64,000 nucleotides of DNA from Limisphaerales bacterium (GCA_014382585.1 JACNJL010000058.1:27364-91363); one strand, 5' to 3'; shown: positions 18,181 to 26,884, numbered from the stretch's first letter. Translations and numbers: made by a program. The notes: a model not told the origin generated them from the letters alone.

Positions 18181-19755
18181 TTACACTTTCACTTTCAATA
18201 ATCGCTTGGCCTCTTCATAACCCGGCGCACGGTGGCCGGGGCCTTGGCCGCGTTTGTCGTTGACGGTGTAGCCGTAGCAACTGGCGGTGACGCGGGCGAG
18301 CGAAACCATTTGCCGCCAGCGGAAGGCCTTGCGCATCGTGGCGAATTCTTCGTTGGCGGTGCGGTAATATTTCTCCGCGTGCAAACGGCCATCTTCGCTG
18401 GTGCCGTATTGAATGAGCAAATCCAGCAGCGCGCGTTGCGGATGGCCGAGCGCGCCGTAACGATGAGTGAGCGCGCAGGCGCGGAGTTGGTTGTTCTCGC
18501 GGATCGCGGCGTCCAACTCGGTGAGCAACGCTTTGGGCGTGGTGGCTTTAACGCGCTCGAGTTGCACGGGCTCGGGGAATGGTTTTGGTTTGTGGCCTTC
18601 TTTGCTGTGGCTTTGGGCGACGTTGCCGGCGGCTAAAATCAGGCCGGCCATCGCGTGTCGGCGACTGCTCACGCGGGCGATGTTGCGCCACGCGTTCACC
18701 ATATCACTGGCATGCACGCCCGCTGAATCGCCGTGCGTGCGCCGTCCATAATAGTTACCCTTCCAAACTTCCACTTGGCGCAGGATGAGTTGATTAGCCG
18801 CGAGCGAAATGGCTTCGCCCACGTGCTCGGGCAGAATGCCTTCCGCCAACGCCGCTGCCGCTGCCTCGCTGGCTTGGGGGCGGTTGAGCGTCAGCAAATT
18901 GAGCGCGAATGTTTCCACCCACGTGTCATCGGCCTTGCGCGTACCGACGGGACGACTGAGCAATTTATATTTTTCAAGCAACTTCGGCACTTGCGAGGAC
19001 CGCGATTTCCCGCCCGCGCATTGGCGGATGGATTGCCGGAGCAACGTGAGCGCGTGTTCCTTGCCGGTGAGCTCCAGCACATCGTACGCGCGCCACGGCA
19101 TCACCACGGTGTGGACGTTGTGGTTATCTTCCACGTGATGCAGCACACCGTTGAGCGCCGTCTCAATCGTTTGCCCGGCGAGCGCGGCAAGCAACTGCTC
19201 GGCCTTCGCCTTATCGCCCGCGAGCGTGGCAGCGTGCAACGCTTGCGCGGCCTTTGAATTTTCAGACAACTTCGCCGCCTTCAATGGCTTGAGCACATCC
19301 TTCCCGTGGAGGCCGTTTTTTTCCGTATAAAATGAGTTGCGATAAAGCACTTTCAAAACCGGCAACGCCTCCTGGCCTTTCGGCATTTCGCGCGACATAT
19401 CAAACGCCGGTGCAAGCGCCATAAAGGTATGAAAGCCGTGATAGTTTTCACCGCCAAATGTGCGCGCATTGGCCAACGTCCCGGCGGCCACCAATTGGCG
19501 CAACGGCACGCCCGCGTTGAGCTTGCCAACAAGCATAGACAAAATTTTCGCGGTGGGCGTTTCCTGCATCAACCCGACCAATGGCTCGAGCTTGCCAAAA
19601 GAAAGGCGCGGATCTTCCTCAGCGGCAAATGCCGTGGACACGCCAAGCTCCCCGGCCAACGAAGTGCCGAGACTGGCGACCAACATGCCTTGACCAACGT
19701 TTGATAGAAATTCACGGCGATGGGTTTGAGTGAGGGGTGTGGATTGTGTCATCAT
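18181..19755 (-). CDS. TAT-exported hypothetical protein (family not recognised)
   Basis: Twin-arginine signal HRREFLSNVGQGMLVASLG. His-containing blocks HGFHTFMALAPA and THGDSAGVHASD. I took the start at MMTQ (19755); the listed ORF starts at 19782. Confidence 0.6.
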   Translation of the reverse strand: MMTQSTPLTQTHRREFLSNVGQGMLVASLGTSLAGELGVSTAFAAEEDPRLSFGKLEPLVGLMQETPTAKILSMLVGKLNAGVPLRQLVAAGTLANARTFGGENYHGFHTFMALAPAFDMSREMPKGQEALPVLKVLYRNSFYTEKNGLHGKDVLKPLKAAKLSENSKAAQALHAATLAGDKAKAEQLLAALAGQTIETALNGVLHHVEDNHNVHTVVMPWRAYDVLELTGKEHALTLLRQSIRQCAGGKSRSSQVPKLLEKYKLLSRPVGTRKADDTWVETFALNLLTLNRPQASEAAAAALAEGILPEHVGEAISLAANQLILRQVEVWKGNYYGRRTHGDSAGVHASDMVNAWRNIARVSSRRHAMAGLILAAGNVAQSHSKEGHKPKPFPEPVQLERVKATTPKALLTELDAAIRENNQLRACALTHRYGALGHPQRALLDLLIQYGTSEDGRLHAEKYYRTANEEFATMRKAFRWRQMVSLARVTASCYGYTVNDKRGQGPGHRAPGYEEAKRLLKVKV

Positions 19756-19906
19756 TTTCCTTTCGTTTGGAGTGCTTGCCATAAAGTGTACGCCACAAAC
19801 GAAAGTACGCCACCAAAAAGTTTGGCTGCCGATGGCGGGGATTTTCCCGTGTCAGCCCCTGATTTTGGTTTGAATCGGCGGGCTTTTTGGCGCAAGAGTT
19901 CTGCGT

Positions 19907-21583
19907 GTGAAGACTGTGTCGCTTACTGAAAAAGAGTTTCCGCTGCCGCTGCTGGGCACCGCCGATTTGCACGGCCCCACCGGGCTGGAAGCGCACGGAT
20001 TGGAACCGCGCGGCACGGTGCGTTGGAATTACGAGACGCCCGAGCTACAACAGCACGCGATGCGCCGCGGCGAAGGCGATCTTTCTGCGCACGGCGTCTT
20101 CACCAGCCGTACCGGCGCGCGCACGGGCCGCTCGCCCAAGGACAAATTCACCGTGTGCGATGACGTCAGCGAGGACACCATTTGGTGGGGCAAAATCAAT
20201 CAGCCGTGCGAGCCGGAGTTGTTTGATAAAATGCTCGGTCACGCACAGTGGTTTCTTTCGCATCGCGAGGAGCTGTTTGTGCAGGATCTTTTTTGTGGGG
20301 CTGATGCGGCCGATGGGGCAAATCGCATCAGCCTGAGGGTGGTCACCGAAAGCGCGTGGCACGCCGCCTTTGCGCGCACGATGATGATCCGCCCCACCGC
20401 CGACCAACTCGCCACGCACGAGCCGGAATACACCGTGCTGCACACGCCATATCTCTTGGCCGATCCCGACAGCGTGGACGGCCTCGACTCCAACGCTTTC
20501 ATTTTACTTTCGCTCAAACACAAGCTCGTTCTCATCGGCGGCACGCAATACGCTGGGGAAATCAAAAAATCTTTGTTTTCCATAATGAACTATCTGCTGC
20601 CCGCCACCGGTCAGCTGCCGATGCATTGTTCGTGCAACACAACGGGGGACAACACCGCCGTCTTCTTCGGCCTTTCCGGCACCGGCAAAACCACCCTCTC
20701 CGCCGACCCCAACCGCCGCCTCGTGGGGGATGACGAACACGGCTGGACCGACCACGGCATATTCAATTTCGAAGGCGGCTGCTACGCCAAGCTCATCAAC
20801 CTCAAAGAAAAAGATGAGCCTGCTATTTTCGCCACCACCCGAATGCCCGGCACCATTATGGAAAACGTCATCCTCGGCCCCGATGACACGCCCGATTTCA
20901 CCAACGATTCACTCACCGCCAACACCCGCGCCGCCTACCCCATTGAGTACATCGAAAACCGAGAACCCAGCGGCACTGCCGGTCATCCGCAAAACATCGT
21001 CTTCCTCACGTGCGACGCCTTTGGCGTGCTTCCCCCCATCGCCCGCCTCACGCCCGAGCAAGCCGCCTACCATTTCATCAGCGGCTACACCGCCAAAGTC
21101 GCCGGCACCGAGATGGATATCGTCACCCCCACCGCCACCTTCTCCACCTGTTTCGGCGCCCCCTTCATGCCCCGGCACCCCGGAGTTTATGCCAAGCTCC
21201 TCACCGAAAAAATCGCCCGGCATCAGTCCCAATGCTGGCTACTCAACACCGGATGGATCGCCGGCGGCTATGGCCAAAGCGACCGCATCAAAATCAAGTG
21301 GACCCGCGCCCTCCTCAACGCCGCATTAGAAGGCCACCTCGCCAACGTCGATTACAAAACCGATAACCGCTTCGGCTTCCAAATTCCGCAAGCGTGCCCC
21401 GACGTCCCAAGCGAAATCCTGCCCCCCCGCGACACCTGGGAATCCCCCACCGCCTACGACACCCAAGCCGACCACCTCGCCCAAATGTTCCGCGACAACT
21501 TCCAACAATACGCCCCCGACACCCCCGCCCCCATCCGCAACGCCGGGCCGGCAGGGACGAGCTCTACCTTGTCCCAGTCCTAA
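19907..21583 (+). CDS. pckA: phosphoenolpyruvate carboxykinase (ATP)
   Basis: TGRSPKDKF, kinase-1a GLSGTGKTTLS, DDEHGW and GGCYAK motifs. GTG start at 19907; the exact start is uncertain. Confidence 0.93.
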   Translation: MKTVSLTEKEFPLPLLGTADLHGPTGLEAHGLEPRGTVRWNYETPELQQHAMRRGEGDLSAHGVFTSRTGARTGRSPKDKFTVCDDVSEDTIWWGKINQPCEPELFDKMLGHAQWFLSHREELFVQDLFCGADAADGANRISLRVVTESAWHAAFARTMMIRPTADQLATHEPEYTVLHTPYLLADPDSVDGLDSNAFILLSLKHKLVLIGGTQYAGEIKKSLFSIMNYLLPATGQLPMHCSCNTTGDNTAVFFGLSGTGKTTLSADPNRRLVGDDEHGWTDHGIFNFEGGCYAKLINLKEKDEPAIFATTRMPGTIMENVILGPDDTPDFTNDSLTANTRAAYPIEYIENREPSGTAGHPQNIVFLTCDAFGVLPPIARLTPEQAAYHFISGYTAKVAGTEMDIVTPTATFSTCFGAPFMPRHPGVYAKLLTEKIARHQSQCWLLNTGWIAGGYGQSDRIKIKWTRALLNAALEGHLANVDYKTDNRFGFQIPQACPDVPSEILPPRDTWESPTAYDTQADHLAQMFRDNFQQYAPDTPAPIRNAGPAGTSSTLSQS

Positions 21584-21610
21584 AACAGTTAAAAGATACG
21601 GATTCCGCCG

Positions 21611-21643
21611 ATTCACACGGATGAACACGTTATCCGTGTGAAT
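21611..21643 (+). terminator. 12-bp perfect hairpin after pckA (terminator-like / REP-like)
   Basis: attcacacggat (21611-21622) pairs with atccgtgtgaat (21632-21643) around a 9-nt loop. Only a weak T tract follows (ttgtg). Confidence 0.4.
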
Positions 21644-21803
21644 TTGTGAAATCCATATCACTCCCTCCTCCGCCTCCAGTTTAGCTTAAATTATTATCTA
21701 TTCTTTTTGTAAGAATCCCACTTTTCAGGCGTAACCCTGTTAGCGGCAAAAGTGCGCTCCACCCTGAAACTCAAATTACCTACCCAGCAAAAAAGGACAA
21801 AAT

Positions 21804-22643
21804 ATGAAAACACCCGATCCAATCCAAAAACGAGGGTTCACCCTCATCGAACTCCTCGTCGTCATCGCCATTATTGGCATTTTGGCTGCGATGCTATTGC
21901 CAGCACTTGCCCGGGCAAAGGCGAAGGCACGGCGCATTAAATGCGTTAACAACTTGTCCAGCATCTACAAGGCGCACCTTGGATTCGCCCAAAATAACGA
22001 TGAACGTATGCCATGGCAGCTCACCTCTAGAGGTGTTCAAAACCACTTGGACTCCAGCACCACCCCAGCAAACCGATTTGGTGCTAAAATCGCAGGCCCT
22101 TATGTCAACGTGGCTGTCAATGAATTGCACGCTCATGTCAAATCACTCCACACCGCCGGCGTGTACACCATCGCGGCGATGAAACAGGAACTGCAAACCC
22201 CAAAAATTATTTTGTCCCCCTGCGACCCCACCCGGGAAGCAGCCAATGAAGTCGTGCAAAATAATTGGGCCACGTATGACACCAAGACCAAAGGCCCAAG
22301 TGCCGAGGTGGGCAAAGGCTCCAGCTATAACTTAGTGCGCGGCGCTGACACTCAACGCCCGTCCGCCCCTTTGGCAGTCACCCGAAACCGATCCCACAAC
22401 AACCTAACCTCCACCGGCACGTATTGGCTGGGGGCCGACTCAGATTCGAGCAACCGTAGGACGATGGCGGGCCTGAATGCCTCGCAGGGCCAATTGGTAA
22501 TGATGGACGGCAGCGCCAGACAATCCACCGATGCAGATTTCGGGGATAAAGGCAAAATCACCCGTCTCTCTTGGGGTTGCTCCGGTGGAGTGGCTATGGG
22601 CGATACGAGTATGATTACTATGCGCGGAGTTGGACTTGATTGA
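21804..22643 (+). CDS. prepilin-type N-terminal cleavage/methylation domain protein (H-X9-DG / DUF1559-like)
   Basis: [26 protein letters not shown] class III signal. C-terminal LVMMDGSAR resembles the DG(S) end of the H-X9-DG family, but without the conserved His. Confidence 0.85.
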   Translation: MKTPDPIQKRGFTLIELLVVIAIIGILAAMLLPALARAKAKARRIKCVNNLSSIYKAHLGFAQNNDERMPWQLTSRGVQNHLDSSTTPANRFGAKIAGPYVNVAVNELHAHVKSLHTAGVYTIAAMKQELQTPKIILSPCDPTREAANEVVQNNWATYDTKTKGPSAEVGKGSSYNLVRGADTQRPSAPLAVTRNRSHNNLTSTGTYWLGADSDSSNRRTMAGLNASQGQLVMMDGSARQSTDADFGDKGKITRLSWGCSGGVAMGDTSMITMRGVGLD

Positions 22644-22713
22644 TCGCCCAGCCTAAAATCTGCGATGTTCCAAACCCTCTAAGTTTTTGACCAGATTCAT
22701 TAAATTAATTGCA

Positions 22714-23349
22714 ATGAAGAAACTTATCCGATTCTGCCCCATCGTGATCATTTTACAAATGGGCATTGGGTGTTCCTCCACACTGCCTGCACCATTTTAC
22801 AGCCCGATTTCCCCCGTGTACTACACAAAAAAATCTACTCATGCGGTACAAATTTCGGAAATCACCGACAATCGCGGCAACGCTGACCCAGAGGTGTTTT
22901 TTATAAATGATCGCGACCCGTTCAAAGCCAAATTCAATGTGCCCGTTTCCGATATTGTAGCCAAGGCACTCAGAGTCGAGCTTAGGAAATTCGGGATGAT
23001 GATTATCCAACACCCAACAGCCTCGCACAAGCCTCAAGTAATTCTTGAATGTGATATTCTACAGTTTAGCTGCCGGGAATCGAGCACGGGATTCGCTAAA
23101 AATAATCATCTCACTTTCTTCGTTGAACTCAGGTTTCGATGGCGAAATCCAAGCACAGGCCAAGTCATTTCAGAAAACACTCGTATGCGGCGGTTTACGC
23201 ATCCTTCTAAATTTCCCAAAGGTTTCGATTCTTCAACCAGTTTTATGCACATGAAGGAATTAAACGAGTACGTCAAGGTATTGGTCCAAGTATTGTTACC
23301 CGATGTCATCAGGCAGGAAACCAGAAACAATCCAGTTATTAATAATTGA
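22714..23349 (+). CDS. hypothetical lipoprotein (pattern loosely reminiscent of YajG/LpoB/CsgG-type lipoproteins)
   Basis: ATG at 22714, then signal plus lipobox MKKLIRFCPIVIILQMGIGC. Lies in the low-GC islet. Family assignment is weak. Confidence 0.6.
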   Translation: MKKLIRFCPIVIILQMGIGCSSTLPAPFYSPISPVYYTKKSTHAVQISEITDNRGNADPEVFFINDRDPFKAKFNVPVSDIVAKALRVELRKFGMMIIQHPTASHKPQVILECDILQFSCRESSTGFAKNNHLTFFVELRFRWRNPSTGQVISENTRMRRFTHPSKFPKGFDSSTSFMHMKELNEYVKVLVQVLLPDVIRQETRNNPVINN

Positions 23350-23362
23350 CACGCTAATTATT

Positions 23363-23839
23363 ATGCATAACCCACTGAAGCAAAAGCATAAAGTTGAGCA
23401 CTCAATCATATTGCCTCTAATTTCAGTATCACTGAGCCTCCTGATCTTCGGCTGTGCTGTACCCGGCGGCAGGCCTTATTCCGGAATTCTAAATTCCATC
23501 AGTCCACGTGACGTCATCGGCACATATCAAAACCCCACCTTCCCCAATCTGACACTTGTTTTCCTTGGAAACGGCACAGTTGAATCCCATTCATTTGGCA
23601 TGAGGGAAACTGCATCAGGCACCCATGGTAAATGGAGAATTTATGGAAATGAGATTCACTTCACTCCAACTGCATCCAGCAATGCGACCACCGAAGAGAA
23701 AAACTCGATAAAATTTCTAAACATTTCAATGATATACAATACGGTTCCCAGCGGGTTAAAATGTATTGGAATGATTATTGGAGAAAAACGAACTAAATTG
23801 AATCCATCTTCACAGAAAACGTTTGTTAAAATCCGTTAA
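23363..23839 (+). CDS. hypothetical lipoprotein
   Basis: ATG at 23363, 13 nt after the previous stop. Lipobox LLIFGCAV. Low-GC islet. No recognisable family. Confidence 0.55.
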   Translation: MHNPLKQKHKVEHSIILPLISVSLSLLIFGCAVPGGRPYSGILNSISPRDVIGTYQNPTFPNLTLVFLGNGTVESHSFGMRETASGTHGKWRIYGNEIHFTPTASSNATTEEKNSIKFLNISMIYNTVPSGLKCIGMIIGEKRTKLNPSSQKTFVKIR

Positions 23840-23904
23840 TTTCAGATGGGAATGATATTCGTTCAGTTAATCGTGCTTCTTCTGATAATCTCGGAAAAAT
23901 ATTT

Positions 23905-25467
23905 TCAGTGGCTGAGAATCTTTATCTCCACGCCTGTCAATCCACGATTGTAAATCCGCAGGGAATCCATCGCTCCCACAAAACTTCCCGCTGCCTCATG
24001 GCCGATGCGGAGGCCGGAGGAACCCCAGGCGAGTTTTCCGGGGCCCACGTTTTCCCTCTCTATTTCAATTCCATCAAGATACAGCAGCTTTGTCTCGCCA
24101 TTGTACACGGCCGCGACGTGATGCCATTCGCCTCGCTGAAGGGCGTGCAAATGTTTAATCTGGTGATATGGCGTGTTGCTACCAAAATCGAGCTGGTCAT
24201 TCCACAACCTAAAAAAAGCAAAGCCAGGCTCAGGAATACGATCCACCAGACCGCCAAAATCTTCTTGCTCAAGACTGCGTGACACATCAGCAATGTTAAT
24301 CCACGCGGTAATCGTTAGATTGGTTAACGTCTCCAGACTTTTTGAGGGCGCGACGATAAGATGGGTTTGGTTACCATCAAAAATGCAGGCTTGGCCGAGC
24401 TTCCCCTTGCGCCCCGGACCAAAAGTAATTTCCCCGCGAGCCTCGGCGTGATTTCTGTAAGGCGACTGGTCGCGGGTGTTTCCGTTAAAATCAAAACGAC
24501 AAATGAGGCCGGCCTCCAAATCCACCTGCGGTAGCGTGGCCGGCTGAGAAGAGGGTTTACCGAAGCCAACCCAAAGAACAAGCAGCACAATTCCCAACCC
24601 GGCAACCCACGCGAGGACAGGATTGCGATGGGGCGTTTGGATTTGCCCTTGGAGGATGGCTTCGAGGATTTGGGCGAAATCTTCGGCGGTGGGGCGGGTG
24701 GCGGGGTCGGGGTCACAGGCTTGGAGGATGAGGGTGTTTAGGGCGTGTAGTTCGGGCGGGCAGGCGGGATCGCGCAGGGCAGGCGGGGGTGAGGGGAAGG
24801 CGTGGCGGTCGTGGCCGGTGATCATTTCGTACAGCACTTTGCCCATTGCGTAGACGTCCGCGGGGGGTTGGCCGAGGCCTTCGCGGGGGATGTAGCCGTG
24901 GGTGCCCATCACGGAGCGGGAGCTATTAAGGGGGGCGACGAGGCCAATGTCGGCGAGCTTGGGGGCACCTTTTACAAATATGATGTTGGCGGGTTTGAGG
25001 TCGCGATGGACGAGACCGGCGGCGTGCAAATGAGCAAGTGCCTCGGCAAGGCGTCGGGCGTGATTGAGAGTGTCGGACAGGGTGAGCGCGCCGTGGGCGT
25101 CGATGTCGTCCTGTAAAGTGCGGGGGGCGTAGGTTTTGGGGGCGATGTCTTCACGATCTCCTTCGCGTGGATCGGCGAGTTCCATCACGCAATAGTAACC
25201 GGCATCGCCTTCCACACGGCCGACTTGGAGGACGTTAACGAGGCCGGGGTGTTCGCGGGAAACGGGTTCAAAAGATTGGATGCCTTCGTACTCACGCTCG
25301 AACGGGCGGTCGTGCTCGAAGCGATCGCGCCGGACAATTTTGACCGCGCGCCAAGTGCCGGTGGCATTACGCGCGAGCCACACATCGCCGTAGCTGCCGC
25401 TGGCGATGCAGCGCAGGAGTGTGTGCTCGGGGATGGTTGGCTGATTGGGTTCGAGTGAATCGGTCAT
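23905..25467 (-). CDS. membrane Ser/Thr protein kinase with extracytoplasmic LamG/concanavalin-like domain
   Basis: Hanks kinase motifs (VAVK-like AVKIV, HRDLKPANI, DIGLV, GTHGYIPRE). One TM segment (VLAWVAGLGIVLLVLWVGFG). C-terminal LamG_3-like end MDSLRIYNRGLTGVEI. Confidence 0.9.
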   Translation of the reverse strand: MTDSLEPNQPTIPEHTLLRCIASGSYGDVWLARNATGTWRAVKIVRRDRFEHDRPFEREYEGIQSFEPVSREHPGLVNVLQVGRVEGDAGYYCVMELADPREGDREDIAPKTYAPRTLQDDIDAHGALTLSDTLNHARRLAEALAHLHAAGLVHRDLKPANIIFVKGAPKLADIGLVAPLNSSRSVMGTHGYIPREGLGQPPADVYAMGKVLYEMITGHDRHAFPSPPPALRDPACPPELHALNTLILQACDPDPATRPTAEDFAQILEAILQGQIQTPHRNPVLAWVAGLGIVLLVLWVGFGKPSSQPATLPQVDLEAGLICRFDFNGNTRDQSPYRNHAEARGEITFGPGRKGKLGQACIFDGNQTHLIVAPSKSLETLTNLTITAWINIADVSRSLEQEDFGGLVDRIPEPGFAFFRLWNDQLDFGSNTPYHQIKHLHALQRGEWHHVAAVYNGETKLLYLDGIEIERENVGPGKLAWGSSGLRIGHEAAGSFVGAMDSLRIYNRGLTGVEIKILSH

Positions 25468-25473
25468 TGGATT

Positions 25474-25550
25474 TTATTTGTAGCCCGGCTCGGTGAGCCG
25501 GGCTACATTGGTGCGCGTCGTTTCCTCAACTATTTTCATATCGCCTCCTT
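25474..25550 (-). promoter_or_regulatory. SD-led 21-codon upstream ORF (MKIVEETTRTNVARLTEPGYK) containing an 11-12 bp GC hairpin, ending 6 nt before the kinase ATG
   Basis: The minus strand reads AAGGAGG(25550-25544)-cgat-ATG(25539)...TAA(25476-25474)-aatcca-ATG(25467). Inverted repeat gtagcccggct/agccgggctac at 25480-25490/25496-25506. The kinase has no SD of its own. Confidence 0.35.
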
Positions 25551-25696
25551 GTGCAGGGTTGCGCGGAAGCGATGCCAGAGTTTGCGGCGCAGGCGGTCGT
25601 GACCGCGGCGGGGTGGGTGTTGGGCAAAGGCTTGAACGCATCGGATCGCGAACCATCGGCACGCCAAACATCGAATCCAATTAGCGGGGCATTCAA

Positions 25697-26377
25697 TCAT
25701 CGGCTATCCTCTTCGCGCCGAAGGGTTTCCAGCTCGCGCTCAAACATCCGGCCGAGGCGGTGTTTGGTGACGTACACGAGCCCCGCGCTCACGCGCAACG
25801 CGCGGCTTATCTCCGCGACACTCCATTTCTCGATAACGTAACAATGGAAAATCTGAAAATGCTTGGCGGAAACATTTTGTTGCACGCGTTGCATGGCCGT
25901 GTCGGCGAGGTTTTTGTGCCAGTCGGCATCCCATTGTGCGTCGGGCAAAATAACGGTGGGGTCGGGAAAATTTTCTAATTCCTCGGCAAGCTCGCCGCCG
26001 AGGGCGTTATCCACCACAGCGCGGCGTTGGCGGTGGCGGATGTGATCAGTGATACGCGAACGAGTGAGGGTGAGCAGCCAACCCTTGAAACTGCCGCGCG
26101 CTCGGTCGTATTCAAAATCCCGGATATGCCGCGCCACGGTGATGAGCGTTTCCTGCACGACATCCTGCGCCTCAGCATCCGCAAGGCCGGATTTGCGTGC
26201 GGTGCTGTAAATGAGTTTCCAGTAGAGATTGAAAAATTCCGACCACGATTCATCATCGTCCAACTCCCGCAAGCGCTCGAGCAACGAGCTGCGCGTGGCA
26301 TTAACGACGTGGGTGGCATTCTTCGAACCGGCCTCCTCCATAACTTCTCTCAACAGGAATACGTGGCGCGGATTCAT
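25697..26377 (-). CDS. ECF-type RNA polymerase sigma-70 family factor (Rhodopirellula/Verrucomicrobium-like, kinase-associated)
   Basis: Region 2 (AEAQDVVQETLITVARHI, FKGWLLTLTRSRITD) and region 4 HTH (SVAEISRALRVSAGLVYVTKHRL). N-terminal TRSSLLERL...WSEFFNLYWKLIY block typical of PVC ECF factors. Confidence 0.9.
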   Translation of the reverse strand: MNPRHVFLLREVMEEAGSKNATHVVNATRSSLLERLRELDDDESWSEFFNLYWKLIYSTARKSGLADAEAQDVVQETLITVARHIRDFEYDRARGSFKGWLLTLTRSRITDHIRHRQRRAVVDNALGGELAEELENFPDPTVILPDAQWDADWHKNLADTAMQRVQQNVSAKHFQIFHCYVIEKWSVAEISRALRVSAGLVYVTKHRLGRMFERELETLRREEDSR

Positions 26378-26482
26378 TTCTTACAAAATAGTTGAGGAAA
26401 GATTGAGAAATGTACTGGCGGTCATTATGCGCTGATCTGGCGAAAGCTCAAAACCAAATCCATCCTTCCGGTTTTTGGGCTG

Positions 26483-26806
26483 TTGAGCTATCTTCAACCT
26501 GTGACCACACCCTCAAACCCCCTCCCCTCGCACATTGTGGTGCACGGAAATTGTGTGGACTGCGGGCGGCCGGTGGAGTTTTCGCCGGCACCTTTTACAG
26601 GGAAAGCGTCCAAGCCCCTTGCGCCGGGCAATACACGGCTGCACATGGAGATGCCGGATGAAGTGCAGCACAAAAGCCCCGAACGCTGCAAAAAATGTAA
26701 GCTGGCCCACTACACAAAATGGCAGGCGCGAAGGAAACAATTACCGTGGCTAATTGGATTGGTGACGGGATTGCTGGCGCTGGCGGGTTGGATTCTTTTG
26801 AAATGA
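26483..26806 (+). CDS. small tail-anchored zinc-ribbon-like membrane protein (hypothetical)
   Basis: TTG start. Two CxxC knuckles (HGNCVDCG and CKKCKLAHY). One C-terminal TM segment (LPWLIGLVTGLLALAGWILL). Divergent from the ECF sigma gene. Confidence 0.45.
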   Translation: MSYLQPVTTPSNPLPSHIVVHGNCVDCGRPVEFSPAPFTGKASKPLAPGNTRLHMEMPDEVQHKSPERCKKCKLAHYTKWQARRKQLPWLIGLVTGLLALAGWILLK

Positions 26807-26858
26807 CGAATTCAGATTTACGATTTACGAATCAAAACCAATCGTCACCCATCACCCC

Positions 26859-26884
26859 CCCGGGCCACCGGCCCGGGCTACATC
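26859..26884. repeat. GC-rich palindromic element related to the hairpin at 25479-25507
   Basis: cccgggcc (26859-26866) pairs with ggcccggg (26870-26877). The reverse complement GTAGCCCGGGCCGGTGGCCCGGG aligns with GTAGCCCGGCTCGGTGAGCCGGGCTAC of the other copy. Confidence 0.4.

Noticed and set aside
21326-21661. 111-aa minus-strand ORF, plus 21394..21624 on the plus strand, spanning the pckA 3' end and the hairpin.
   Set aside because: They overlap the pckA coding region in other frames and are Pro/Gly/Arg-rich. Their termini are created by the 21611-21643 inverted repeat.
22650-24560. The low-GC islet as a mobile element or prophage remnant.
   Set aside because: No integrase, transposase or phage genes, no flanking direct or inverted repeats, and no adjacent tRNA were seen. 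I report it only as a compositional anomaly.
25474-25680. Full 68-aa ORF in the sigma-kinase spacer (MDSMFGVPMVRDPMRSS...).
   Set aside because: The N-terminal 47 aa are Pro/Arg/Ser low-complexity with no SD. Only the last 21 codons are preceded by a strong AAGGAGG SD, so I report that short uORF instead, and only as a hypothesis.
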